Of a stretch of DNA of 43,006 nt, positions 7,369 to 15,344 are shown one piece after another. A program made the translations under genes and the position numbers. Below the pieces are notes generated by a model that did not search any database, had not been told where the DNA came from, and saw nothing but the letters and a program-made list of their open reading frames with translations. This DNA comes from Actinomycetota bacterium (GTDB lineage Bacteria > Actinomycetota > Thermoleophilia > UBA2241): positions 1 through 43,006 of the forward strand of contig DAIQNY010000002.1 of the NCBI GenBank assembly GCA_036788155.1, written 5' to 3'. Position 1 is the stretch's first letter. Each line of letters begins with the position of its first letter.

Positions 7369-7697
7369 CTTCGCCCCTTCCCTCGCCTGCACCAGTTCAC
7401 GCACTCGACGAAGTCCTCGAGCGAGTCCACGACCCGGACCTCGACGCCTTGCTCGGCGGCGCGCTCGATGAAGACCTGTTGGCCGAGGTTGAGACGGCCC
7501 GCTGGATTGTCCGCGTCCTTGGTCCGCTTGCATTCGATGAGGACGACTTCGCCGGCGCAGAGGAGTACGAGGTCGGGGAAGCCAGCCGTGGTCCCGGAAC
7601 CCTTCGCCCGCCGCTGTCCGACCTCGGCCAGGAACGCACCCATGGCCGTGGCGGCGTCGCGGCAGGACTGGACGAGGTCGCGTTCGAGGCCGCTCAA
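7365..7697 (-). CDS. VRR-NUC domain nuclease
   Basis: GFPDLVLLCAGEVVLIECKRTKD...LNLGQQVFIERAAEQG matches the VRR-NUC pattern. TTG 7697 in TTGA overlap with the upstream stop. Confidence 0.75.
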   Translation of the reverse strand: MSGLERDLVQSCRDAATAMGAFLAEVGQRRAKGSGTTAGFPDLVLLCAGEVVLIECKRTKDADNPAGRLNLGQQVFIERAAEQGVEVRVVDSLEDFVECVNWCRRGKGRR

Positions 7698-7706
7698 GGC
7701 TTGGCC
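7690..7706. repeat. 17-bp direct repeat CCGCTCAAGGCTTGGCC, copy A
   Basis: Exact copy also at 7887-7903. Each copy contains a stop (TGA) overlapping a TTG start on the minus strand. Confidence 0.9.
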
Positions 7707-7894
7707 CAGTAGTCGGCAGCAGGGACGCCGTTGATGTAGCCGGCGCGCTTGCGCTTGTAGTCGCCACACCAGCACATAACGGCCGTTCTCGGGAACCGCT
7801 TTCCGGGCTTGGCCGGGTCGGGCGCGTACCTTCGACACTCGGACAGGTTGGCGTGCCAGAAGCGGCACGTCTGGCAGTACCCGCGCCCGCTCAA
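7694..7894 (-). CDS. Hypothetical Cys-rich protein (66 aa from TTG 7894; the track ORF extends to 7966)
   Basis: YCQTCRFWHANLSECRRY...CWCGDYKRKR. TTG start lies in TTGA overlap within repeat copy B. Start uncertain. Confidence 0.5.
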   Translation of the reverse strand: MSGRGYCQTCRFWHANLSECRRYAPDPAKPGKRFPRTAVMCWCGDYKRKRAGYINGVPAADYWAKP

Positions 7895-7903
7895 GGCTTG
7901 GCC
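7887..7903. repeat. 17-bp direct repeat CCGCTCAAGGCTTGGCC, copy B
   Basis: Exact copy of 7690-7706. Confidence 0.9.
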
Positions 7904-7956
7904 TCGAAGTGGGAGCAGCCGAAGTCGGGCGGCTTCAGTGGGGTGCGGCGAAGCAT
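7891..7956 (-). CDS. Possible 21-aa bridging micro-ORF (MLRRTPLKPPDFGCSHFEAKP)
   Basis: ATG in TGATG overlap with the upstream stop, GGGAGGTG 7 nt upstream, and its stop in TTGA overlap with the next start. Confidence 0.25.
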   Translation of the reverse strand: MLRRTPLKPPDFGCSHFEAKP

Positions 7957-8255
7957 CACCCCGCACCTCCCTGTCCGGGGTTGCGGTCGGGGAGCAGTGA
8001 CAGGGCGAGGGCGCTGTCGTTCAGTCCGTCAACGAGGTAGCGACGTGGCCAGCTTTGCACTCCACGCTCGCCAAGCAGCAACTCCTCATACGCACGGCGC
8101 AGGTTCGTGATTGCCCTCTCAACGAGGGCCAGCGGTTCGCAGTCTGGCCACAACTTTCCGTCCTCGTCGTGGAGCGTCTTCGTGTCGTTGAACTCAGCCG
8201 CCCGCGCCTTCATCAGCACTACGGCGGCGTCTATCTGCTGGTCGATGCTACCCAC
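7956..8255 (-). CDS. Hypothetical protein (99 aa)
   Basis: GTG 8255 preceded by AGGAGG and a 6-nt spacer; helical-looking sequence. Confidence 0.6.
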   Translation of the reverse strand: MGSIDQQIDAAVVLMKARAAEFNDTKTLHDEDGKLWPDCEPLALVERAITNLRRAYEELLLGERGVQSWPRRYLVDGLNDSALALSLLPDRNPGQGGAG

Positions 8256-8257
8256 GG

Positions 8258-8830
8258 TCAGCCTCCTCTTCCGGTGCGGGGACGTGGCTTGCCGTACACC
8301 CCACACGCGCATCTGTCGTCAGCCCTGTTCTTGGCCAATGTCGCGCCACAGTCAGGGCAGTGGGCCTCCTCTTCCGGTGCGGGGTTGGCGGCGTCGTAGC
8401 CTGCGTTGAGTCCGTCGAGCGTGTTCTTGACCCAGACAGATTCGGCCGGAAGGACGTGCTTGATCGTGCTGTGTGCCTTGGTCTGGTACGCCAGTGACAA
8501 GGCGCGGCCCAGCATCCACTCCCACCTGTCCCGCTCCCGCTCGACGGCGGCGAGGGCTTGGTCCCTCTCCCTCAGCGCGGCGGCGAGTTCGCGCCGTAGC
8601 TCCCGCTGCCTCCATGCCTCGTTCGCCCATATCTGGATGGTTAGGAAGGCGTCGGTGGCCAGCATGCTCGCGATCTGCATCGCATGCTCGGGTGACATTC
8701 CCTTGATGAACCACGGAGACTCGTCAAGGAACTTGAACCACTCAGCAGGCAGGCCGTCGGGGAACACCTTGATGCTGCCTCGCTCCACCGCCGGGAACCC
8801 CTCCCCCAGCAGGTCACGGATGTCGGTCAC
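8258..8830 (-). CDS. Hypothetical protein (190 aa) with coiled coil and C-terminal zinc-ribbon-like motif
   Basis: GTG 8830 (GTGA overlap, GGAGGA SD). CPDCGATL...CACG near the C-terminus. Confidence 0.6.
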   Translation of the reverse strand: MTDIRDLLGEGFPAVERGSIKVFPDGLPAEWFKFLDESPWFIKGMSPEHAMQIASMLATDAFLTIQIWANEAWRQRELRRELAAALRERDQALAAVERERDRWEWMLGRALSLAYQTKAHSTIKHVLPAESVWVKNTLDGLNAGYDAANPAPEEEAHCPDCGATLAKNRADDRCACGVYGKPRPRTGRGG

Positions 8831-9048
8831 GTCAGGTCCTCCTCTCCGAAGTAGCCGATGAACGGCATTTCGACCCGGCCGCACTTGGCGCAGGTGGCGT
8901 TGGGTTCGCGCTTGATCTCCTCGAAGCCGTTGACGAGCACCGTGTGGTCGGCCTTCACGTACCGGCAGCACTTCGGGCAGTGGCGGGCGAAGAGGGCGCC
9001 GCCCTGGTAGGCCTGGTACGGGCCCTCGTAGTGGTCGAAGGCGGTCAT
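8827..9048 (-). CDS. Hypothetical zinc-ribbon protein (73 aa)
   Basis: CPKCCRY...CAKCG pairs; internal ATG 9048. Confidence 0.5.
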   Translation of the reverse strand: MTAFDHYEGPYQAYQGGALFARHCPKCCRYVKADHTVLVNGFEEIKREPNATCAKCGRVEMPFIGYFGEEDLT

Positions 9049-9085
9049 CGGTACACCACCAGGTCCAACCGCTCGCGGTAGGCGC

Positions 9086-9229
9086 TCATAGCTGCGCCAC
9101 CGTGATGAGACGGCACATGTGGCAGAGTGCGCCTGCTGGCCGTTCCTTGTGCAGCTTGAACGTCTCCCAATCTGGGTCATCGGACTCGGCCCACCAGTGG
9201 CACACGTTCTCGATCTCGTCCTCGTGCAT
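9086..9229 (-). CDS. Hypothetical small protein (47 aa)
   Basis: ATG 9229 coupled to the upstream stop; below the ORF-track size cutoff in its true frame segment. Confidence 0.35.
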   Translation of the reverse strand: MHEDEIENVCHWWAESDDPDWETFKLHKERPAGALCHMCRLITVAQL

Positions 9230-9420
9230 CACTCCTTGTCCTCCCTCGTGATCTTGTGCCGGGCATCGACCTCCATGGTCCCGTTGCCGGCGATGTTGAG
9301 ACGCACCTTGTTCCCGTGCTCTGTCCCGGCCTCGACCCGGACCCGGTTCCCGGAATAGGGACTGACCGTGGTATAGGTGCCGGTCCTGGGGCGGTGGCGG
9401 GCGAAGCGGCGGGCGGTCAT
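9229..9420 (-). CDS. Hypothetical small protein (63 aa)
   Basis: ATG 9420 in ATGA overlap with GAGGTG upstream. Confidence 0.4.
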   Translation of the reverse strand: MTARRFARHRPRTGTYTTVSPYSGNRVRVEAGTEHGNKVRLNIAGNGTMEVDARHKITREDKE

Positions 9421-9542
9421 GGACACACCTCGTGCCGGGCATAGAGCTGTCCGCCGCGTGTCTCGACCTCGACGGTCTGGCCACGGGCGGCGCCGGGGTA
9501 GGAGTCGTTGAGGAGGGCACTTTTCGCCGCCTGCGCATTCAT
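9417..9542 (-). CDS. Hypothetical small protein (41 aa)
   Basis: ATG 9542 in TGATG overlap with the upstream stop. Confidence 0.35.
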   Translation of the reverse strand: MNAQAAKSALLNDSYPGAARGQTVEVETRGGQLYARHEVCP

Positions 9543-9898
9543 CACAGCGTGCCCTCCCAATCGCAGTCCGGGCACCAGCCCGGGCCGCCGATGATGCCGA
9601 CGACGAGCACGCTCGAGCACTCCGGGCAGCGCCAGTCGTACAACTCCTCACCGGCGACCTCGTGGCAGCGGCGGATGACACGGGCCGGGGTCGGCAGCTC
9701 CTCCTCTTCGCGGATGAGGGCGCGGACGGCCTGACGCACCACGGCCGGGGCAATCCCCTCATCCATGATCGCCATGACGTACACGGCCTCAGTCGCCTTC
9801 GACCACGCATTGCGCGGGAACGCGGAGCCGATCATCTTCACGGCGTCCAAGAGGTCGCGCGGGTTGGTCTGCGGGGCATACGGAACTACGTCCGCCAT
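9542..9898 (-). CDS. Hypothetical protein with C-terminal zinc ribbon; possibly helicase-loader-like
   Basis: ATG 9898 with GGAGGG SD. AFPRNAWSKATEAVYVMAIMDEGIAPAVVRQAV resembles G39P-type loader domains by eye only. CPECS...CPDC ribbon. Confidence 0.5.
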   Translation of the reverse strand: MADVVPYAPQTNPRDLLDAVKMIGSAFPRNAWSKATEAVYVMAIMDEGIAPAVVRQAVRALIREEEELPTPARVIRRCHEVAGEELYDWRCPECSSVLVVGIIGGPGWCPDCDWEGTL

Positions 9899-10790
9899 TG
9901 TTCCCTCCGTATGTCTGGGCACCGGCTCGGAGCACGGCGGCCAGGTCGTCATCGTCGGCTACGTCCATGGACCCGTGCTCCTCGCCTTCGGCCCACTCGT
10001 ACCAGCGGGCGCGCTCACCCTTGGGCGGCTTGGCGAGGAAGGTCCGGGCGTGCTGCATCTTGCAGTTCGTCCGCTCGCAGTGGGCGCGGTACTCACGGGC
10101 AGCGGTCAGAAGGTCGCCGTGCTCGGCTCCCTTGGTGCGCCAGAAGCGGTAGAGGCGCTCGGCGTCGGCCTTGCTGCCGATCTTGCCGTAGACCTGCCAC
10201 CATTCCGCGAAGTCATCCGCTCCGGCTGGCGCGGAAGCGTCAGCCAATGCTCTTAAGGACAGGGCAGGACCGGGCAGGGCAGGACCGGGCAGGGCAGGGC
10301 AGGGCAGGGCAGGGGAAGTAGTAACGCTCTCGTTCGATGCTTGTTCAACGCTTGTACTACCGTCTGGGAGCGGTGGTAAGGCATCATCGTGTACCGTGAA
10401 GACCCACTTACGACCGTCGGTTGAGTGTCGTTCACCGGTCACCCATGGAGGCAGCGGCAGTGTGTTCTCCTGCGGATTGCGCGGGTGCTCGTGCTTGTGG
10501 AAAGAGCGCAGGTAGAGGTACCTGACGCCGCCGGATGTGTACGGGATGAGCTTGCCGGCCGCGATCAACTCGTCTCGCCACTGCTCGAGCTTCTCCACGG
10601 TGATGTCGGCGTCGAGCGGGCTCGGCCAGAGGAGTAGCTTCCAGGTGAAGCAGTCGTCCTCGAGACAACCCGAGTCCTCCGCCAGCGCGTACAGGCCGCT
10701 GTACGTGGTGCGCTTGTCACGCGGCCAGCGGAGCAGCTCGCCGTCACTGAAGTAGTCGGCCTTGCGGATCCGGTTGCGCAGGCGGGCCAT
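9789..10790 (-). CDS. Replication organizer/initiator-like protein (two domains joined by a Pro/Ala repeat linker)
   Basis: 333 aa. The C-terminal FAEWWQVYGKIGSKADAERLYRFW...ARTFLAK...RWYEW matches the widespread phage replication-protein motif (F..FW..YP.K.gK..A). The 3' end overlaps the next gene by about 110 nt. Confidence 0.6.
   Translation of the reverse strand: MARLRNRIRKADYFSDGELLRWPRDKRTTYSGLYALAEDSGCLEDDCFTWKLLLWPSPLDADITVEKLEQWRDELIAAGKLIPYTSGGVRYLYLRSFHKHEHPRNPQENTLPLPPWVTGERHSTDGRKWVFTVHDDALPPLPDGSTSVEQASNESVTTSPALPCPALPGPALPGPALSLRALADASAPAGADDFAEWWQVYGKIGSKADAERLYRFWRTKGAEHGDLLTAAREYRAHCERTNCKMQHARTFLAKPPKGERARWYEWAEGEEHGSMDVADDDDLAAVLRAGAQTYGGNNGGRSSVCPADQPARPLGRREDDRLRVPAQCVVEGD
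10260..10314. repeat. Pentanucleotide/15-bp tandem array: (CAGGGCAGGACCGGG)x2 then (CAGGG)x5
   Basis: Read directly. Encodes PALPCPALPGPALPGPAL on the minus strand and is followed at 10316-10375 by a visibly AT-richer stretch. Confidence 0.9.
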
Positions 10791-10895
10791 CAGGACTCAC
10801 CACGCACGGCAACGGCGAGGCTGGTTGAGGGCGACGAACGCGGGGTACGGATGATACACTTCACCCGTCACCACCTCCTCGCAGGTAGTGGCCAC

Positions 10896-10923
10896 GCCCC
10901 GGGCGTTCACAGCGCGCCGGGGC
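10896..10923 (-). terminator. GC-rich hairpin in the 200-bp intergenic gap (candidate terminator/attenuator)
   Basis: gccccgggcg / cgcgccggggc pair over 10 bp with one bulge and a 7-nt loop. No U-tract. Confidence 0.35.
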
Positions 10924-10994
10924 ACTTCTCTTGCCGACCACCATACACCCTTCGCCTGACTGATGGAAGCCCGACCCCCCGGGCGATGGATATG

Positions 10995-11549
10995 TCATGC
11001 ACCTACCTCCTCGAGGACATCGGCTGGGACGCGGCCTTGGCGGGCGAGGTGGCGGTAGAAGACGACCAGCCGCGCCCATGTCTTCGGCCTCACGGTCTGC
11101 TGGCGCCGGATGTTCGCGGGAGCCGCGATGTGCAGGCGCTCCTTGAGTTCGTAGACCGACACGCCGGCGGTCCGCATCTCGTCCATCAGCCTGATGGCCT
11201 TGCGGGCCGGGACGACGCGGCCGGGCAGCACGGTGCCGAGCTTGACGGAGAGGATCGCGTCTTCGGAGTCCCGGTGCAGGGAGTTCTGGCGGCCGAGCAT
11301 GATGCGCTTCAGCACGAGCCGGTGGAGGCCGGCGGCCTCTGCGACGGCGTCGCGGCTCATGCCGGACCTGATGAGCTGCTCGACGTGAGCCACGGCGGCA
11401 TCAGCGGGCACGCGGCGCGTCTGCCCGTGGTACCGCTCGCGCATGTAGGTCCGCTGGTAGTCCCGCCACGCCTCGCGGCAGGCGTCGCAGCGGCAGCTGG
11501 ACTTCGTGTAGGAGCTGATCCCAACGGGGTAGGGTCCGACGTGTTTCAT
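10995..11549 (-). CDS. DNA-binding protein with Cys motif and tandem HTH-like segments (184 aa)
   Basis: ATG 11549 (ATGA overlap). CRCDAC motif. SRDAVAEAAGLHRLVLKRIMLG and AGVSVYELKERL are HTH-like. Confidence 0.55.
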   Translation of the reverse strand: MKHVGPYPVGISSYTKSSCRCDACREAWRDYQRTYMRERYHGQTRRVPADAAVAHVEQLIRSGMSRDAVAEAAGLHRLVLKRIMLGRQNSLHRDSEDAILSVKLGTVLPGRVVPARKAIRLMDEMRTAGVSVYELKERLHIAAPANIRRQQTVRPKTWARLVVFYRHLARQGRVPADVLEEVGA

Positions 11550-11785
11550 CCCCTCACCCGCGCCTTCGCCAGCCGCCGCTCCCGGTACTCGGCGTCGGTG
11601 TGGTACTTGCGGACCGAGCGCCCGTTGCGGCATTCTGAGCAGGTCAGGGAGAGGCCGTCCGACTCGTCCCGGTCTCGGTGGAAGAACTCGCTCGAGGCCG
11701 GCAGCGTGCGGAAGCAGGCGTTGCAGATCCGGGGGCCGAACAGCAGGAAGTCGATGTCTGTGGCGTCGTCCCAGTCGTCGGTCAT
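11546..11785 (-). CDS. Hypothetical zinc-finger-like protein (79 aa)
   Basis: ATG 11785; CNAC...CSEC pairs. Confidence 0.5.
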   Translation of the reverse strand: MTDDWDDATDIDFLLFGPRICNACFRTLPASSEFFHRDRDESDGLSLTCSECRNGRSVRKYHTDAEYRERRLAKARVRG

Positions 11786-11988
11786 GCCGCCCCCCTCCTG
11801 CGCGGCCACGGACCACACACCGTACCGACGCCGTTGCGTGCCATCTGGTACCACTCCCGCGCCTGCCGCTCGCTCACGACGTGCTCGGTGTCCGGGCAGG
11901 CGACCATGGTGGTGAAGGTCGTGCCGTCGTGGCAGAGAATGACTACGTTGCCGGTCGGCGTCTCGGTGGCGGACAGGACGCTCACCAT
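11782..11988 (-). CDS. Hypothetical protein (68 aa)
   Basis: Coupled ORF with overlaps at both ends. Confidence 0.4.
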   Translation of the reverse strand: MVSVLSATETPTGNVVILCHDGTTFTTMVACPDTEHVVSERQAREWYQMARNGVGTVCGPWPRRRGAA

Positions 11989-12380
11989 GGGGCACCTACC
12001 TGTGGATAGACCCGCGAGATGAGCCAGTGCGTGTCGACCAGCCAGCCGAAGCCGCCGTTCTGCAGCGTGCCCTTCTTCGCCACGAGCTCGTTCGGCTTCG
12101 GCCGTGCGTCACCAAGACCGTGCACGGGGCTCGCCTCCATCCGTTCCCGATAGCGGGCGCAGGCCCGGGTCACGGCGCCGGATGCCTCCTCATGGACCAC
12201 GCCGGTCTTCTTGTCGACGACGCGCTTGCGCCGGTAGCCGAGCACGTCAGAGGCCGTGCGCGCCGAGCACCAGCCCGCGTTGTACAGGTCCCGGTGATCG
12301 GCCGGGATCGTGTCCAGAGGGCTGATGTGCTCGGCCGTCCAGGTGACCGGCTCGGTGGGGACGGTGGCGGGGGCGCTCAT
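11982..12380 (-). CDS. Hypothetical protein (132 aa)
   Basis: ATG 12380 in ATGA overlap; protein-like composition. Confidence 0.55.
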   Translation of the reverse strand: MSAPATVPTEPVTWTAEHISPLDTIPADHRDLYNAGWCSARTASDVLGYRRKRVVDKKTGVVHEEASGAVTRACARYRERMEASPVHGLGDARPKPNELVAKKGTLQNGGFGWLVDTHWLISRVYPQVGAPW

Positions 12381-12886
12381 GCCCCCGCCTCGTCGCCGGT
12401 GAAGAAGTCGCGGGCCTGGTCGAGACCGTCGTCGAACTCTTCCTCGACCGGCTCCGGCGCTTGGTCCTTGGATGTACCCTTGCCGGTCGGGATGAGCGTC
12501 TGCGTGACCTGCTTGCGTCCGAGCCTGGCACGGAACTTGAGCGGCTCCGTCAGCTCCGGCGAACCATTGACGCGGATGCACAGGCCGCTCTCGGACAGAC
12601 CGCTCGTGTCCTTGACCGGGTGCAGGGTCAGCTTGTGACCGACCCATGCGCCGGAGTCGTCTCCCCACATGGCGCGGCAGCAGACCCCGTTGGTCTTCAC
12701 GAGGACGAGCTTCTTCTCCGTCTCATCGAAGGAGACGATCACGGCGCCCTCTTCGGACCCGGCGCCGTTGGACAGCATCTCGCGGGTCACGTCCTTGATG
12801 GTCAGCGTGACCGGCTTGCCGTTGAACTCCCCGGCCTTGAGGTAGGTTCCGGGGTAGAGCTGGTCGAAGGACAATCCCTTCGTCAT
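12377..12886 (-). CDS. Hypothetical protein (169 aa) with acidic C-terminal tail; possible OB-fold/ssDNA-binding role
   Basis: ATG 12886 in ATGA overlap with the exonuclease stop. The EEEFDDGLDQARDFFTGDEAGA tail and position next to a recombination exonuclease are suggestive only. Confidence 0.5.
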   Translation of the reverse strand: MTKGLSFDQLYPGTYLKAGEFNGKPVTLTIKDVTREMLSNGAGSEEGAVIVSFDETEKKLVLVKTNGVCCRAMWGDDSGAWVGHKLTLHPVKDTSGLSESGLCIRVNGSPELTEPLKFRARLGRKQVTQTLIPTGKGTSKDQAPEPVEEEFDDGLDQARDFFTGDEAGA

Positions 12887-13701
12887 TTCAGCACCTCGAT
12901 TGTGTCTGTCTCGTCGGCATCCCCAAACGCCCACGGCGGGAGGTCGAGCGATACGCGCTCTGGATAGCGCCCCGGCCACTCGCCGGACTCGGAGCATTCC
13001 GCGAGTCGCGAGAGCAGGGCGTGGAACTCGTCGGAGCCTGACCAGAGGTCGTCGCTTGAGACGGCGAAGACCCCGCAGTCGAACGGCGGCTTGGTCTCGG
13101 CGGCGATGATGACGGCGCGGCACTCGCGGTCGAACATGGCCTGCACTCCGTCGCGGTACATGCCGAGCTGCGAGACGTACTTGAGCTCGGAGACGGTGCG
13201 GACGAAGCGGTGCAGGTCGAGGTCGGCCGTGGTCTTGAAGTCGACGATTACCCCGAGCCCGTTGCCGTTCGGGAGGATGAGCCGGTCAAGGCGCGACTTG
13301 CAGGCGATGTCCGTCTCGGTGTCCCGCCACGTGATCGTGACCTCGTTCTGTCCCTTGCCGGCCAGCAGCTTCGACGCCACGGGGTGAGCCGTGACCGCCG
13401 CCTGTACGCCGAGCACCCTGTCCCACTCGTCGCGGGTGAGGATGTCCTTGCCCGCGTTCGCGTCCCGGAACTCCGTCCAGACGCCTCCGCGGCGAGCCCC
13501 GTCGAAGACGACGAACTGCTCGGGCAGGTGGACTGGTTCGAGCACGGCGCAGTGACAGGCGCGGCCGAACAGCATCGCCGGAGAGTCGACCGGCTCGCCC
13601 TCAAGATGCGCCAGGTAGTGGGCCGGTGACTTGGCCATGTGCTTGAGGTCAGACCAGCGGACGCCGGGCAGGGCCTCGTACTCTGCATAGCTGATGTTCA
13701 C
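12883..13701 (-). CDS. PD-(D/E)XK exonuclease (RecE/DUF3799-like)
   Basis: GRACHCAVLEP, KSRLDRL, VIVDFKTT and YVSQLGMY fit the PDDEXK exodeoxyribonuclease VIII-like pattern. Confidence 0.75.
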   Translation of the reverse strand: MNISYAEYEALPGVRWSDLKHMAKSPAHYLAHLEGEPVDSPAMLFGRACHCAVLEPVHLPEQFVVFDGARRGGVWTEFRDANAGKDILTRDEWDRVLGVQAAVTAHPVASKLLAGKGQNEVTITWRDTETDIACKSRLDRLILPNGNGLGVIVDFKTTADLDLHRFVRTVSELKYVSQLGMYRDGVQAMFDRECRAVIIAAETKPPFDCGVFAVSSDDLWSGSDEFHALLSRLAECSESGEWPGRYPERVSLDLPPWAFGDADETDTIEVLK

Positions 13702-13704
13702 GCC

Positions 13705-14505
13705 CTACACCCGGAACGGCTTGAGCATCCGGTCGGCCGCACGTCTGCCGCGGTTGTACTCCTGTACGACCAGTTCAGCTACGCAGGTGGCGATTGACCC
13801 GCCGATGAGGGAGTGCATCCCGCGTGCGTCTCCGAGAAGCTTCTGTGGGCCGCCTGCCCGGCGGGCAAGCTTGGAGACCATCTCCTCGTCGGAGATGCGG
13901 TCCTTGTCGCGCAGGTAGACCTGACCGATGCCCTTGATCATCATGCCGTGGAGCGCGTGGCTGTCGTCGCCCCACGCCTGCACGATTGTGTGGAGGGTAC
14001 GGTGCAGGGCCGCGGCGTCTGGCTCGGCCTTCGGATGCGGGCGGTGAATCTTCTCGAGCGCCTTGACTGCCTGGATGGCCCCACGCTGGCCGCCGGGAGC
14101 GATGGTCAGACCCTCGTTCTCGACGATGTCCATGATGGTGCATTGGTCTTGCTTGCCCTGCATCCACGCGGACATGAAGAGGTTGTACGCCTGCAGGCCC
14201 TTGAAGTTGTTGACCTGCCGGAAGATCACTGCGGCCTCTGCGTCGGTTATCTCCCCGTGGTCCACACAGGGCACTTTGTGACTGCCGTTGTATCCCATGA
14301 GCCTGAGAGCGGCAGTGCGGTTCTGGCCGTCGATGATGAGGTACTTGCCGTTCCGACGAAGGACATGGAGTACGCCGAAGGCGCGTTGGTCGAAGTTCTC
14401 AGCGATGTCGTGCTGCAGGGTGGTGACGTCGCGCTGGCAAGGAGCGTTCCACTTGCCAAGTTCCGAAAGCGGAAGCCAGACTGTTTCGATGCCGATGGTC
14501 TTCAC
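13705..14505 (-). CDS. ParB/Srx-superfamily protein with DGQNR motif (DndB/DGQHR-like)
   Basis: KYLIIDGQNRTAALRLMG resembles the DGQHR/DGQQR signature. GTG 14505 in GTGA overlap with the upstream ParB gene. Confidence 0.6.
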   Translation of the reverse strand: MKTIGIETVWLPLSELGKWNAPCQRDVTTLQHDIAENFDQRAFGVLHVLRRNGKYLIIDGQNRTAALRLMGYNGSHKVPCVDHGEITDAEAAVIFRQVNNFKGLQAYNLFMSAWMQGKQDQCTIMDIVENEGLTIAPGGQRGAIQAVKALEKIHRPHPKAEPDAAALHRTLHTIVQAWGDDSHALHGMMIKGIGQVYLRDKDRISDEEMVSKLARRAGGPQKLLGDARGMHSLIGGSIATCVAELVVQEYNRGRRAADRMLKPFRV

Positions 14506-15344
14506 AGTGAGTTCTCCTTGAGAGTCTTGCGGGCAGCGAGGATCACGCGAATGCCCGCGTCCAGTTCGTGAATCTGCGTCTCGTCAAGCTGGCAGCCAGC
14601 GAAATCGACTCCGTCGATGGCTGCCGCAATGCCGTTGATCTGGGTGAGGAAACGGCTTACGAGTGCAGCGCCGTTTCTGTGGTGCAGTCGTGGCTTGCGC
14701 TGTCTCGCTCCCGGTACGTCGGGAGCTGATGCCGAGGGCTCTTGGCTCTGGACACGCTGGCGAGCCCGTCGCACCTTTGCGTAGGCGGGGACCACCTTCC
14801 CGGTCGTCTCCATCTCAGCGAGCGCGGCCTGTGCCACCTCCCGCACCTCCTCCGGTGCCTCTGCGTCTTCGGCAGCTTCCACGACCGCCTTCGCCCGCTG
14901 ATACGTCGCGCCGCTCATGCCGATGGCGGAGCCGACTACGTCGCGGGTCTCGGGACCGCGGACACCCTGAGTTCCGGGGACCTCAGGGTCCGGTTTGCCA
15001 GCCTCCATCCGCGCCCGCGCCCTCGGCCGCTCCAGTTCTTCGAGGCGGCGGCCCAGCGCGACGAGTTCTGGAATGGTCATGTCCTTGCGGCAGGTGTTCT
15101 CGTCGCGCTCTGCCCTAACGAGGTCAGCAGCGTCGGTCAGCGTGTCGATGACACACACGGGAACGTCATCCATGCCGAGCGCGAGACAAGCCTGCAGTCG
15201 ACGCTCGCCGACGATGAGCCGGTTACCTTGGTCGATCACGATTGGCTGGAGCAGTCCGACCGTGCGGATGCTGTCCATGAGGTCGTCGAGCGACCCGAGG
15301 TCTTTGCGGAACCGTGTCCCGACTGTGATTGCGGAGGGGTTCAC
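14502..15344 (-). CDS. ParB-like protein (N-terminal ParB/Srx domain with GERR box, central HTH)
   Basis: GLLQPIVIDQGNRLIVGERRLQACLALG is the ParB box pattern. VGSAIGMSGATYQRAKAV is HTH-like. Confidence 0.75.
   Translation of the reverse strand: MNPSAITVGTRFRKDLGSLDDLMDSIRTVGLLQPIVIDQGNRLIVGERRLQACLALGMDDVPVCVIDTLTDAADLVRAERDENTCRKDMTIPELVALGRRLEELERPRARARMEAGKPDPEVPGTQGVRGPETRDVVGSAIGMSGATYQRAKAVVEAAEDAEAPEEVREVAQAALAEMETTGKVVPAYAKVRRARQRVQSQEPSASAPDVPGARQRKPRLHHRNGAALVSRFLTQINGIAAAIDGVDFAGCQLDETQIHELDAGIRVILAARKTLKENSL

Noticed and set aside
10260-10314. Possible CRISPR array or minisatellite.
   Set aside because: The units are 5 to 15 bp with no spacers, and the array lies inside a coding linker. 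It is not CRISPR-like, so I interpret it as iteron-like or slippage-prone repeats.
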